Shown: positions 30,364 to 40,319, counted from the first letter of the stretch. The stretch is DNA of 64,000 nt from Syntrophales bacterium (GCA_963662405.2 CAXXKT010000003.1:192001-256000); one strand, 5' to 3'. A program made the numbers and translations. Notes: generated from the letters alone by a model not told the origin.

Positions 30364-31593
30364 ATGGATCTGGCAATTCCCGACATATGTTTTCTGACCT
30401 CATCTACGCGATTGGCCTTTGACGCGGACGGCTGTACGATATTTCTGGAACCCCTTTCATCCTCCCCGAGCGATGCCGATCACATCCTCGTTATGCCGCG
30501 GTTCCGGGCGCAGCAGTATCGTATGACCGATGTCCCTTCCGTATCTCTCTTTGACGCTATTCCGGTACCCGACGGTTGGGCTGTGCCGGAGATCTATGAC
30601 GGGACGCAGGATCTTCACGCCAAAAGGGTCCTGATCCTCATGTTGAACGACTGGGGGGATATGATTCCCCTTGAGCCGGTGATACGTGCATTATATAACA
30701 TGACTGCCTCGACGGGACGACCGCCGCGGATCACACTGGGGTGCAACGGGATCGGGGATTTCCCCTATCGCGACACGGGGTACGTCGAGGACGTGATCCC
30801 CGACATGATGACCCTATCGCGGTTTTGTTCCTTCGATATCGTTGTCAATCTGCTGCCGGTCAATCATCAGCGGGCCACTACTCGTTCCATGCGGGACCCC
30901 TGCCTCGATATACCCCATCTCGATTCCGAATCGGGAGGGAGCGATACGCCTTCCATACACCCCGATCCCGGGCGGGTCTCGAGAATAAGGCCGATTTTTG
31001 ATCGAATCCGACGAACAACCGGAAAAGAGTTGCTCTGTGTCAACTGGCGGTCGCGGTTTCCCCACACGAGTGCACCGGTATCCCTCTTCTCCCGCATTGC
31101 GGGTGCGCTGCGCCATACTCACCAGGCCCTCCTCTTAAAGGATGAGACCGCAGACGAGATCATGCAGGGGGAAATCAATGCCCTGCGTGCGCCGATCATG
31201 AACCTTTCCCGCCTGATTCGCGATCATCATGACACGATAGCGGCCCTGTCGCTGGTGGACGCCTTCGTGTCGGTCGATACGGGGGTCGTGCTCGCGGCGG
31301 GGGCCCTGGGGATACCCGGGGTGGCACTTTTCGGGCCCTCCCCACCGGAGACGCGCGTTGTCGACTATCCCTCCGTCATCCCCCTCGAGGCCGATTTCCG
31401 GGAGGCGCACCGGGGGTGTGCCGAGATCGTCTCTGTCTCTCATCTCCTCAGCCCCTATTCCGAGGCGATCGATCCCGGTAACGTTCTGTCGGCCCTTGAA
31501 GTGGCGATTGGTCTCCGGGCCGGAGATTCATTCACGAACCGCTGTTTCTCTCGGGGAGCGTCCGGACGGGATGCATACGAAACCGGTCTCTAA
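30364..31593 (+). CDS. Glycosyltransferase family 9 (heptosyltransferase-like), possibly degenerate
   Basis: NDWGDMI, IAALSLVDAFVSVDTG..AGALGIPGVALFGP; start set at ATG 30364. Confidence 0.65.
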   Translation: MDLAIPDICFLTSSTRLAFDADGCTIFLEPLSSSPSDADHILVMPRFRAQQYRMTDVPSVSLFDAIPVPDGWAVPEIYDGTQDLHAKRVLILMLNDWGDMIPLEPVIRALYNMTASTGRPPRITLGCNGIGDFPYRDTGYVEDVIPDMMTLSRFCSFDIVVNLLPVNHQRATTRSMRDPCLDIPHLDSESGGSDTPSIHPDPGRVSRIRPIFDRIRRTTGKELLCVNWRSRFPHTSAPVSLFSRIAGALRHTHQALLLKDETADEIMQGEINALRAPIMNLSRLIRDHHDTIAALSLVDAFVSVDTGVVLAAGALGIPGVALFGPSPPETRVVDYPSVIPLEADFREAHRGCAEIVSVSHLLSPYSEAIDPGNVLSALEVAIGLRAGDSFTNRCFSRGASGRDAYETGL

Positions 31594-31994
31594 TCCCCAT
31601 GATTGAGCAATCCCGCCTTCCCTGACTGTGAAGGACGGGAGGAGTGTGCTTCGCGCCTTCACCCGTCCTGTCGGAATCGAGACCCGGCGGCGGGACCCAC
31701 CGTATGCCGGGGGGGCGTGCGTCAAATTTCCGACGATGCGATCTCCCGAGAGATATCCGTATATACACAGCCATAATCCGATTAAAACAATGGACCGATG
31801 TCTCCCGTGCACCCCCCCCCCGGTGCGCTGTTCCACACCAGCGCAGATCCGGCGTGGTGTGGCCCTTCCGGCAGGTCTTCTCCTTGAAGGGAACAACCCG
31901 ACTGCTGTGTCCTCCCGAAAACGGAACGGCCGTTGCAGGATCTCGGCCCTGTGACGCCGGGCCTGCACGTCCATCCGTTTTTTATACATCGTCC

Positions 31995-32021
31995 TCAAGT
32001 TTGTCTCTCTTTGTCCGATAT
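31995..32021 (+). promoter_or_regulatory. Putative sigma28 promoter of flagellin
   Basis: TCAAGTTT-N11-TCCGATAT. Confidence 0.7.
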
Positions 32022-32128
32022 ACTGGTCAAAGATCAGCGCGGCAGTCAAACTTTGAAGAAAGGGGGTATGACACTAAGGCACGATGAACAGGCGGGCAGA
32101 CCCTGCGGGGGTGTCCGGGCGTTGATCT

Positions 32129-32146
32129 GGCGGCACGGATGCCGCC
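32129..32146 (+). promoter_or_regulatory. CsrA-type binding hairpin in the fliC leader
   Basis: GGCGGC-ACGGAT-GCCGCC; a second ANGGA overlaps the SD (CAAGGAGGA). Confidence 0.65.
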
Positions 32147-32191
32147 GCGGCCGAAAGGCCCAACACACAAACAATCAAGGAGGATACAAAC

Positions 32192-33616
32192 ATGGGTTTA
32201 AGAATTCAAAATAATATCGAGGCGATGAACACGCAGAGGCAGTTGGGTATTTCCAGTTCGCACTTCTCCAAGTCCCTGGAGCGGCTCTCGTCCGGGTTCC
32301 GGATCAACCGCGCCGCCGACGACGCGGCGGGGCTCGCCGTTTCACAGTCATTCAGGGCGGATATCGCCAGCTACAAGGTGGCGGTCAGAAATACCTCCGA
32401 GGCGAACGCGCTCCTGCAGGTGGCGGAAGGTTCGCTGGACCAGATGGGGAACATCCTGACCCGTCTGAAAGAGCTGGCCACCCAGGCGGCCTCCGGTAAC
32501 GCCGGATCAAATATCGACAAGATCAACGACGAGGCGAACCAGCTCGTCGAGGAATTCGACCGGATCGCCACCAGCACCACCTACGCCGGCACGGACCTTT
32601 TGACAGGGAGCTTGGCGGCGGGATCCATGGCGGGCACCCTCGACGCCTCCGGCCACAGCTCAACCGCTCAGACCACGGGCTCGGACAGCAGCATTGTCGG
32701 AGTGGCGTCAACTCTGACGGGCTTTGCTGCGCCTGTAGCGTCGCTTGATGCATCCGTGTCGAGTCTTGCCGACGATGACAATACATGGACCATCGCGAAT
32801 GACGCCACGGCGTCGGGCCTGGTTCTGTCCAATGGGAACGGTATGCAGTTTACCGCTACGGCGAACACGGATGCAGACACCATTACCGTACACGGGATGG
32901 GCGCAAATCAGTCCGACCTGGTGATCTCAACCGACGACGATGCGACGGGTGCTGCCGATGGCAAAACCATCACCTTTAACAATCTTGGTCTTTCCGAAGT
33001 CTCTGTGGAGAATGACGCCGAGACTGGCGTGTACACCTTCAGCACCACGGGTAGCAATATCGTACTGACCCACAGCGACGGGACCAACCAGTCCGTCGCA
33101 GCGGCGGCGTCCTCGACGCTGGACTTCGATGAACTGGGGATTTCCTTCGACCTCGGCGCGGAATGGGATGCCAACGATCTCGACGCTCTCACCATCACCG
33201 TGGCGGGAACATCGGGCAGTTCCATGGACTTCCAGATCGGTGCGGAGAATGCCGACGACAACAGGCTGAGCATCAGCCTCGCCGACTCCCAGGCAGCCAC
33301 GCTGAATCTGACTGCCGATATGCTCTCGACACAGGGGGGCGCACAGACGGCCCTGGGGACCATCGACGCGGCCATCAACCAGCTGTCCGACAACAGAAGC
33401 GCCGTGGGTGCCTACATGAACCGTCTCAGCTACGCCTCGGCGAACCTCGCGAGTATGACCGAGAACGTCCAGTCGGCGGAATCGGTTATCCGCGATGTGG
33501 ATATGGCCAGCGAAATGACGGACTTCACCAAGAACCAGATCCTGATGCAGGCCGGTACGGCCATGCTGGCTCAGGCGAACATGGCGCCCCAGTCGGTTCT
33601 TTCGCTCATCGGCTAG
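32192..33616 (+). CDS. fliC: Flagellin
   Basis: LERLSSGFRINRAADDAAGLA N-terminus; IRDVDMASEMTDFTKNQILMQAGTAMLAQAN C-terminus. Confidence 0.98.
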   Translation: MGLRIQNNIEAMNTQRQLGISSSHFSKSLERLSSGFRINRAADDAAGLAVSQSFRADIASYKVAVRNTSEANALLQVAEGSLDQMGNILTRLKELATQAASGNAGSNIDKINDEANQLVEEFDRIATSTTYAGTDLLTGSLAAGSMAGTLDASGHSSTAQTTGSDSSIVGVASTLTGFAAPVASLDASVSSLADDDNTWTIANDATASGLVLSNGNGMQFTATANTDADTITVHGMGANQSDLVISTDDDATGAADGKTITFNNLGLSEVSVENDAETGVYTFSTTGSNIVLTHSDGTNQSVAAAASSTLDFDELGISFDLGAEWDANDLDALTITVAGTSGSSMDFQIGAENADDNRLSISLADSQAATLNLTADMLSTQGGAQTALGTIDAAINQLSDNRSAVGAYMNRLSYASANLASMTENVQSAESVIRDVDMASEMTDFTKNQILMQAGTAMLAQANMAPQSVLSLIG

Positions 33617-33635
33617 GGGATACATCCTTAACGAC

Positions 33636-33659
33636 GGGCGACCGGCTGGTCGCCCCTAC
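33636..33659 (-). repeat. GTAG-type REP-like palindrome
   Basis: Minus strand GTAG-GGGCGACC-agcc-GGTCGCCC. Confidence 0.55.
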
Positions 33660-33664
33660 CGCAC

Positions 33665-33699
33665 AGGGGAACAGATCTCGGTCTGTTCCCCTTGTTTTT
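33665..33699 (+). terminator. fliC intrinsic terminator
   Basis: AGGGGAACAGAT-ctcg-GTCTGTTCCCCT-TGTTTTT. Confidence 0.8.
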
Positions 33700-34050
33700 G
33701 TGCGATTCCGGGGCGACCTATGGGCAATGTGCCGGCCGGCGGCCGGCGGACCGAAGGAACTGCGGCAACGGTGATGTTCAATGGAGAGGGGGGAGACCTT
33801 GAGAAGAAGGAATGATTCTATAAAAAACGACTCCTTCAGACAACAGAAAGAAACCGTACCGGAGCACTGGCCCCGTACTTATGAAAAGGGGAAATACCTC
33901 ATCAGTCGTAATCAGGCCGGGGCGTCAGTTGTTTGACGGATACGGCATCGACCGGTCCGTACCCCTGAACGCATTGAAAAATAGGAATATTCCGGTACAA
34001 CAAAGAAGAGCCGCTGGACCGGCGGACGCCGACAGGGGATTTCCGAGACA

Positions 34051-35112
34051 TCAACCCTGAATGGCGAAGCCGGGGTATCCTTTCATGGCGTAGGATATCT
34101 TGTTGGATCTCAAGAATTGATAATGCCTGCTCATTGCGTCGATTCGTTTTTTCAGGGTTCGGCTGTATACAGAGTCAAGCTCATAATAATCCTTGCAGTT
34201 TCCTGAAAGAAGATGCCGAGCCCACACCGAAACGACACCATCCCACCGTGCCATTTCACGGTAGTGGTAGTAAATTACATCCGGATAAAGGATCGTTGGA
34301 TCGGTTCGCGACGGAGGGTTCAATTCCGTTGGCATATCCGCAAATCTCATGAGGAACTGTGAATTCAACTTCAGGCTATTGCCCGGGTCAACAGCCTCAT
34401 AGCATTGCAGATAGCGCTCCCGCAAACAGGTGCCGGCAAGCCGTACCACGCGGCTGAATTGATGAAAAGAATCCATAAACAAAGAAAGGAGGTCTTTCAC
34501 GTCAAGGGCATCCACGTTTCTTCTCATCCCATAGACGGTCTCAATAAATGCCTCTGTTTCTCGATCAGTGTGGTCAGCCCGCTGAAGGAGTTCATAGCTA
34601 TGTTTGATCGACGAAATCCTGACGAGCATCCCTCGCGCGCTCACCTTTTCTGCTGCGAGAACCTGATAAAACTGGATAAGCCGTGACGATATGAAGTCAA
34701 ATATGTTCTGCAGTGCGAGCGGGGTGACCTCATCGTGTTCTATGTCCGTAACCTCCAATGGTTCTCCCCAGAGCAATTGAAGCTCTCTCGCGTGGACCGT
34801 ATGAAGGAAATATCTGAAAGATTCACGGTCATAGAGATAGATATCATGTATAAAAAGATAGCGGACAAGTTCGCTGTCATCGAACCTGAGTATCCGCAGG
34901 CGATCCATGGCTTCCGGATCAATGACGGTATCGACCACAACAACGAGATCAATATCGGAAATCCCCGGATCATTTGTCGATCCAATCTGGTAAACCGCGA
35001 TAACGGCTCTGTTTTTTGAAGCATATTCAACATAGCGCTTTATTGTCGTGTCGTATGCATCAATGCTGAGATTTTTTACATCCTGTATAAATTCAATATT
35101 TTTCCGTGCCAC
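34051..35112 (-). CDS. Pol-beta-superfamily nucleotidyltransferase-like protein
   Basis: IAVYQIGSTNDPGISDIDLVVVV (hGS..DhDh); GTG start overlaps the upstream gene by 20 bp. Confidence 0.7.
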   Translation of the reverse strand: MARKNIEFIQDVKNLSIDAYDTTIKRYVEYASKNRAVIAVYQIGSTNDPGISDIDLVVVVDTVIDPEAMDRLRILRFDDSELVRYLFIHDIYLYDRESFRYFLHTVHARELQLLWGEPLEVTDIEHDEVTPLALQNIFDFISSRLIQFYQVLAAEKVSARGMLVRISSIKHSYELLQRADHTDRETEAFIETVYGMRRNVDALDVKDLLSLFMDSFHQFSRVVRLAGTCLRERYLQCYEAVDPGNSLKLNSQFLMRFADMPTELNPPSRTDPTILYPDVIYYHYREMARWDGVVSVWARHLLSGNCKDYYELDSVYSRTLKKRIDAMSRHYQFLRSNKISYAMKGYPGFAIQG

Positions 35113-37705
35113 TGTCCACCTCTCTCAACCGTTCGAGCATGATTTCCGCTATGTCAAAGACGTTGCGATAAAAAGTGTCATTGAATTTCATCAGCCGCGA
35201 TGGATTCCACTTTTCTCGAACGCGGCTTACCCTATCAAAAACAGACCACAATCGTTCATCAAAATACGGTGCAGCCATTGCGTATGCGTCGCGTTTATAG
35301 GGATACAGGTCATGAAAGAGTTCCAGATAGAGGACGGGAAGAAGCGAGAAACGGCTGAGAAATCGTTTCATATCGAAGGGTGTCCGGGGAAACGACCGGT
35401 TGATGTAACTCGTTCTGAAAAAATAGCCTGTATGCCAGAGCGAAAATCGATTCTCATACTCCGAGCCCCGGGTAGAAAAACCCTGTTCCGTATTTCCTAG
35501 TATCGAAACACCGCATGCCATGGTGCTCAGCGGCAGGAAGGCTTCCGGATACCACTGCCGATCAAGGTCTGTGCTCGCGAAATAGCCGTGGTGCTGGAGG
35601 GAATCGAAGGCGCCCAGGATCCGGTTCGCCGTGGAAACGGTTTCCGCCACCGAAGCGATTATCGCAGGTGTTTTAAATGCTTTATCCGTGAGAAAGAACT
35701 GCGTATCAACATCACTGAAGGGCGTATAATCACCTGTTGCCATGCTGCCGTGGACGATAAAGGACGAAATGAGACCCTTTTCATACAGATCACTGAAGGC
35801 ATTATACAGGGCCTGATACAGGGTAGAGGTGGGGCTGCCTTCAGATACACCTGCACGGGCTCCGGCACCTGGTGTTAAGGGGATCGTCTTCCTGTCTCGC
35901 GATTCGGGAAGGTGGGCCTTGAGAAAGGCAAAGAGCTCGCACAGTGATCCGAGAGAAAATGTTGTTCCCAGAGGATTTCCCCATTCCCTGTCGCGGCAGA
36001 GCGTTTCCGTAAGCATTGTAGCTGCACTGACTTCATTTTGTGGAACTGTACGACTGTTGCAATACGCGTTGATCATCCTATGAAAACTTGTTTGGAGACG
36101 GCTCAGCAACTCATGCTCGGAAAACGGACGGGTTTTACTCAACAGGACATGGTGAAGGTCCATGTAATCACGGATACCCTCTTCCTTTTTCAACGCAAGC
36201 CCCAGCGCATTATCGGTTGAATATCCGTCCGTGACCTGTGTCGCAGGTTTGCCGTTCCTCTGCTCATTGAGTGCCGCTTTTTTTACATCGGCAGCGCCGT
36301 TGATGAGATGCCCTGGAGTGGGCTTTGGCTCAGACCTGGCGGCAAGGGGGGCGTTCGCCGGAGAATCGTTTGTTCCCCGTGCGTTTTTCCGCATTTCCTC
36401 GATGGCTGTCCTGATAGATGCCAGTTGTTGCTCAAGGCCGTACCGTTCTTCCACAAACCGTCGATAGTTGTCCGATTGGTAGTTGTCTTTGTCTTGTATC
36501 ATTGCGACGGCCTCTTCAAGGGATGCAAAGAGACATTCTTCAGGCCACAATCCGTCGGCGCCCGGGAAATGATTGATAAGGGGTCGATATCCCATGGCCA
36601 TGGCCTCGGCTATCCCGTAGCCGAAGGATTCAAAAACACTCGTCGTGAGAAGATAATTGATCCGTTCCGACTCGAACCACCGGGCGATATTTTCGACATG
36701 GCCGAACAGCCGGACCTGTTTTTCCAGCCCGAGCTGTTTCGCGGTGTGCTCCAGATAAAGTCCGTAGCGCATTTCCTGAACGGCACCGGCGATCTTGAGT
36801 GTGTACCGGTCGTCAATGCCGACGAGACGATGGAGTATCTCCGGCCACAAGGAGGGATTCTTTTTACCGTTCACCTGTCCCACCACTGCCACGTTAAAGC
36901 CGGGCGATCGTTCCCCGAAAGCGAATCTGTCGAGGTTGACGCCGTTGGGGATAACAACCACCTCCGTTTCATCCATCAGTTTCGGATATATCCGTCGGGC
37001 GGTGTCAAGGACATGGGGGGCCACGAAAACGGCCTTCGTGATCTTCGACCAGTCGATACGGGGCAAGTGACCATCGAGTACCTCGTAGCTGTGAACCCTG
37101 CAGATAACCTGTTTTCCGTCAAGAAGCCCCCCGCGATGACTCAGCGTCGCCGCCAGTTCGTTCGCCCACTCGAGCCACACGAGATCGGCCCACTCCACCG
37201 CTGCCGTCAGCTGATTCCCATCCTTGCTGTAACAGGTACGGACATCATAGTGATGTGCGAGAAAGGCCACGATATCCCCCAGAAATGATTCGAGACCGGG
37301 AAGGCAGAGAACGGCAATCCGTACTCTCCTGTCATGCGGAAACGTTCCGGGCCGTGGTTCCGTTAAGGGAGCGTTACTGCGGGGTACCGCCGTATTGTGT
37401 GACATCCCTTCAGTCCCCCGAATCTCCGATATCATCCTTTTCATTGCCGCGAGGAGCTCGCGGTAATTCGCCGCAGCATCCTCATATTCAGGATCAATGA
37501 CAAGGGCCTCCCTGAAATACCGCATGGCCTCATCGAAACATTCTTTCCGGAAAGCGATAACACCAAGATTGTTATATGCCTCTTTAGACGGAAGGGCACC
37601 GGTAACGAGCCGCAGAAAGCATTCCCTTGCGGTGTCGATTTCACCCTGGGCAAAGAGTTCCTCTCCTCGTTTCAGCTCCCGTGCAATACGGTCATTTTCA
37701 CTCAA
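35093..37705 (-). CDS. TPR + GT4 glycosyltransferase + nucleotidyltransferase-domain fusion protein
   Basis: TPR (EAYNNLGVIAF..ALVIDPEYEDAAAN); GT4 (VIPNGVNL, KKNP, SVFESFGYGIAEAMAMG); NTase (FIVHGSMATGDYTPFSDVD); start set at TTG 37705 after AAGGAG. Confidence 0.8.
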   Translation of the reverse strand: MSENDRIARELKRGEELFAQGEIDTARECFLRLVTGALPSKEAYNNLGVIAFRKECFDEAMRYFREALVIDPEYEDAAANYRELLAAMKRMISEIRGTEGMSHNTAVPRSNAPLTEPRPGTFPHDRRVRIAVLCLPGLESFLGDIVAFLAHHYDVRTCYSKDGNQLTAAVEWADLVWLEWANELAATLSHRGGLLDGKQVICRVHSYEVLDGHLPRIDWSKITKAVFVAPHVLDTARRIYPKLMDETEVVVIPNGVNLDRFAFGERSPGFNVAVVGQVNGKKNPSLWPEILHRLVGIDDRYTLKIAGAVQEMRYGLYLEHTAKQLGLEKQVRLFGHVENIARWFESERINYLLTTSVFESFGYGIAEAMAMGYRPLINHFPGADGLWPEECLFASLEEAVAMIQDKDNYQSDNYRRFVEERYGLEQQLASIRTAIEEMRKNARGTNDSPANAPLAARSEPKPTPGHLINGAADVKKAALNEQRNGKPATQVTDGYSTDNALGLALKKEEGIRDYMDLHHVLLSKTRPFSEHELLSRLQTSFHRMINAYCNSRTVPQNEVSAATMLTETLCRDREWGNPLGTTFSLGSLCELFAFLKAHLPESRDRKTIPLTPGAGARAGVSEGSPTSTLYQALYNAFSDLYEKGLISSFIVHGSMATGDYTPFSDVDTQFFLTDKAFKTPAIIASVAETVSTANRILGAFDSLQHHGYFASTDLDRQWYPEAFLPLSTMACGVSILGNTEQGFSTRGSEYENRFSLWHTGYFFRTSYINRSFPRTPFDMKRFLSRFSLLPVLYLELFHDLYPYKRDAYAMAAPYFDERLWSVFDRVSRVREKWNPSRLMKFNDTFYRNVFDIAEIMLERLREVDSGTEKY

Positions 37706-38097
37706 CGTACCACTCCTTATCGTTGATGGCGGATTTTCACCAGGCCTCCGTCCTTTAATCGTATATCCTGAAATCCCGTAAGGGTATTGAGATCCTCCAA
37801 TGCGGCACACGGTGAAGCGGGTGAGCACTCGAAGATTTCCCTCCCCATCACGCAAATAGTATGCCTCCGGATGATCCCGGCAATACGGTCTTCAAGCTTC
37901 GGTGCTCGACGCAATGGTCCTCTGCGATGGTGATACATCCTGCCGGTATAGGCAGGGGCGATTTCAGCGGGACGCTCCTTCGATCACGTCTCGACCGACG
38001 CTCGTATCGACAGCGCCTCTGATACATCCGATCACACTATCAGACAGGCCGAGCCGGTCCGTGACGATCATGAAAGTGGACATGAAAAGGCCTTCAT

Positions 38098-39801
38098 TCA
38101 TGAAGAGAGGTCCCGTTCAGACACCCCCTGCGCGTCCAGGGCTGCTATGTCCGATGAAATGAAATCGGCGAGACCGTCACCGGGGATATGCTTTCTCCTC
38201 AGTTCGTCCGCGATCCCGTCGAAGAGATCCGCCAGATCGGAGAAAGAGTTGACCACGATATCCCGGGGAAGTGCGAGTATCTGCAGTATCCGGTCGCAGC
38301 ACCCGATCACCTCCTCGATCCATCCCCGGGAGAGGAGGATCCGTGCCGCCTGGAGCGGGGCCGTTACGTTCGACTCGTCCCTTGTCGAAATCTCGGAGTA
38401 AAAGGCAAGAGCGCTTTCCACGTCACCGTGCCGTGCGGCGAAATCGGCAAGCTCCATGCACCAGGAGAGAGACAGATCGTCCATGGCCAGGGCGTCGATG
38501 CGCGATCGGGCGATGAGGGCAGTGTCATTTCTCAGGACGCCGATCTTGAAGAGGGCCTCCACCACCCGCGAATCCTTTTTCGCTCCGGCGCGGGTGTCGG
38601 CCTCTTCCAGATAGGGGCGTGCTGCGTCGATATACCCCGCACCGACAAAGGCCAGTCCCGCGTGGCGGCATACCGCTTCCCTGTCCGTGGTCGCATCGAG
38701 GGCGCGGTGGAAGAACCGGTCTGCATCATCGCCACCGCCCAGCCTCAGTTTCGCCGATCCCATCCAGCCGTATATCTTCCAGGCATCACCGTAGGTGGTC
38801 ACATGGAGCATTTCGGACGCGCCTGTCCCGTTCCGGTAGCGGTCGAGGAGTTCCAGATATCGGCTTCCGTATTCCGGAACGTGCTCCCACTCCCCTTTTT
38901 CATAGGCGATCATGGTACATGCCGCCAGGATATCGATCTGGTCGCCGAAGCGCTCATGTGTCTTACGGCAATACCGTTCAGCCTCGTCGTAGCGCTTCCC
39001 AAGAATCAGCGCTCGTATCACATTATAATACGCACGCACATAGGTTTTATTGGTTATGTCCTGTAATTCCACGAGATCTACCGCAATCATACCTTCCTTG
39101 AGGGAATCCTCGAACAGGTCAAGTGATGCATAAGAGGAACTGAGATACATATGGGCGGCGGCGTTGGCGGGGTTCTCCGCGATCTGTTTTTTGAGGAGCG
39201 TGGCCGTGCGCTCGAACTTCTTCTCGGCCATGCCGCGGCCCTTGTCGTACCCGAAATGGATAATTCGACCGAGCGAGGCGCCGGGGTGTGAAAATCCCGT
39301 CAGATTGTTGTGCACGATCCCTTCATAACGGATGACCCCGTTATTCACAAAGAGCCGGATCGAATCGTTGGAGGTGGTTTCTTTTCCCTGGGACATCATG
39401 TTTTCGACCTTCATGACCAGGGAATCGATCCCCTCATCGCCGGCGAGGGCGACCTCGTCTCTCAGACTCCGCATCGTGGATGGCGCCAGCACTTCATCGG
39501 CGTCGATAATGAAGATCCATTCCCCCCGGGCGTACGAGATCGACTGGTTCCGGTGCAGGCTGAAGTCATTCCGCCAGGGATGGTGAAACAGGCACGCCCC
39601 GAAGTCCTCGGCGATCTCAACGGTGCGGTCCGTCGATCCCGTGTCGACAATCACGATTTCATCCACCTGATTTTTGATGCTTGCGAGACAGCCGGGGAGC
39701 ATCTCCTCTTCATTCTTGACCATCATGCAGGCGGAAAGCACGATACGCGAATCTGTCTTCTCTTCCCTCTCCATCTGTACGTTTTTTTGTCTTGAGGTCA
39801 C
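38098..39801 (-). CDS. GT2 glycosyltransferase with TPR repeats (flagellin-glycosyltransferase-like)
   Basis: LSACMMVKNEE, IVDTGSTD, WRNDFSLHRN, IDADE, YEGIVHN, then TPRs. Confidence 0.88.
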   Translation of the reverse strand: MTSRQKNVQMEREEKTDSRIVLSACMMVKNEEEMLPGCLASIKNQVDEIVIVDTGSTDRTVEIAEDFGACLFHHPWRNDFSLHRNQSISYARGEWIFIIDADEVLAPSTMRSLRDEVALAGDEGIDSLVMKVENMMSQGKETTSNDSIRLFVNNGVIRYEGIVHNNLTGFSHPGASLGRIIHFGYDKGRGMAEKKFERTATLLKKQIAENPANAAAHMYLSSSYASLDLFEDSLKEGMIAVDLVELQDITNKTYVRAYYNVIRALILGKRYDEAERYCRKTHERFGDQIDILAACTMIAYEKGEWEHVPEYGSRYLELLDRYRNGTGASEMLHVTTYGDAWKIYGWMGSAKLRLGGGDDADRFFHRALDATTDREAVCRHAGLAFVGAGYIDAARPYLEEADTRAGAKKDSRVVEALFKIGVLRNDTALIARSRIDALAMDDLSLSWCMELADFAARHGDVESALAFYSEISTRDESNVTAPLQAARILLSRGWIEEVIGCCDRILQILALPRDIVVNSFSDLADLFDGIADELRRKHIPGDGLADFISSDIAALDAQGVSERDLSS

Positions 39802-39866
39802 GTCACATGCCTTTCTCTGTGTATCCTTACGCCGTGGTGCGGCGCTGTTTTCTTCGCTCGGAATTT

Positions 39867-39882
39867 AGCAAGATCGGTGCCA
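39867..39882 (-). promoter_or_regulatory. Putative sigma54 promoter of the glycosyltransferase locus
   Basis: Minus strand TGGCAC-CGATC-TTGCT (consensus match). Confidence 0.75.
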
Positions 39883-40210
39883 TACAGCGGATTGGTGCTT
39901 TCCCCCGCGACCCGATCGATGCCGGAAGATCGGAAGACTGGTTTTCCGGGGGGGGTATTGAAAATGAGCGAGGATTGTTTCTGAACCCGCTGAAGAAAGA
40001 ACCGCAGAACACACATATTCTCAACAACCTCGGGGCGGTGTGCCGCGGAGGGGGGCAATATCAGGAAAGCGAAAAAGGTGTGTTCCATTACAATATACTC
40101 CATCTACAAGAATCGGAGGAGGTGGCGCCGCAGGAACGATCGGCCGGTCACCCCCGCGGCATTCTGGCCTCTTTCTTGCATTTCCTGTTGAAAAATCCTG
40201 AAATACCCCT

Positions 40211-40237
40211 TCAGGTCGGAGGGTAAAATGCCGATAG
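40211..40237 (+). promoter_or_regulatory. Putative sigma28 promoter of fliD
   Basis: TCAGGTCG-N11-GCCGATAG. Confidence 0.6.
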
Positions 40238-40319
40238 TATGTACGAGGAAGGGAAAAGGTTACCCCTTTTCCCGAAAAAGAAATCAGGACATTTTTTCCC
40301 ACCCAAGGAGATATTTGCC

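Noticed and set aside
32085..32165. c-di-GMP-I riboswitch in the fliC leader
   Set aside because: A GAAA tetraloop is present, but the GGCAAA..GACGCAAA core and receptor hairpin are not; CsrA-type sites explain it better
34051..36200. CBASS cyclase or MNT-HEPN/AbiE toxin-antitoxin reading of the two nucleotidyltransferases
   Set aside because: No Cap effector, HEPN or antitoxin partner nearby; fusion to GT4 and the position between fliC and fliD favour glycan modification, though this is not formally excluded
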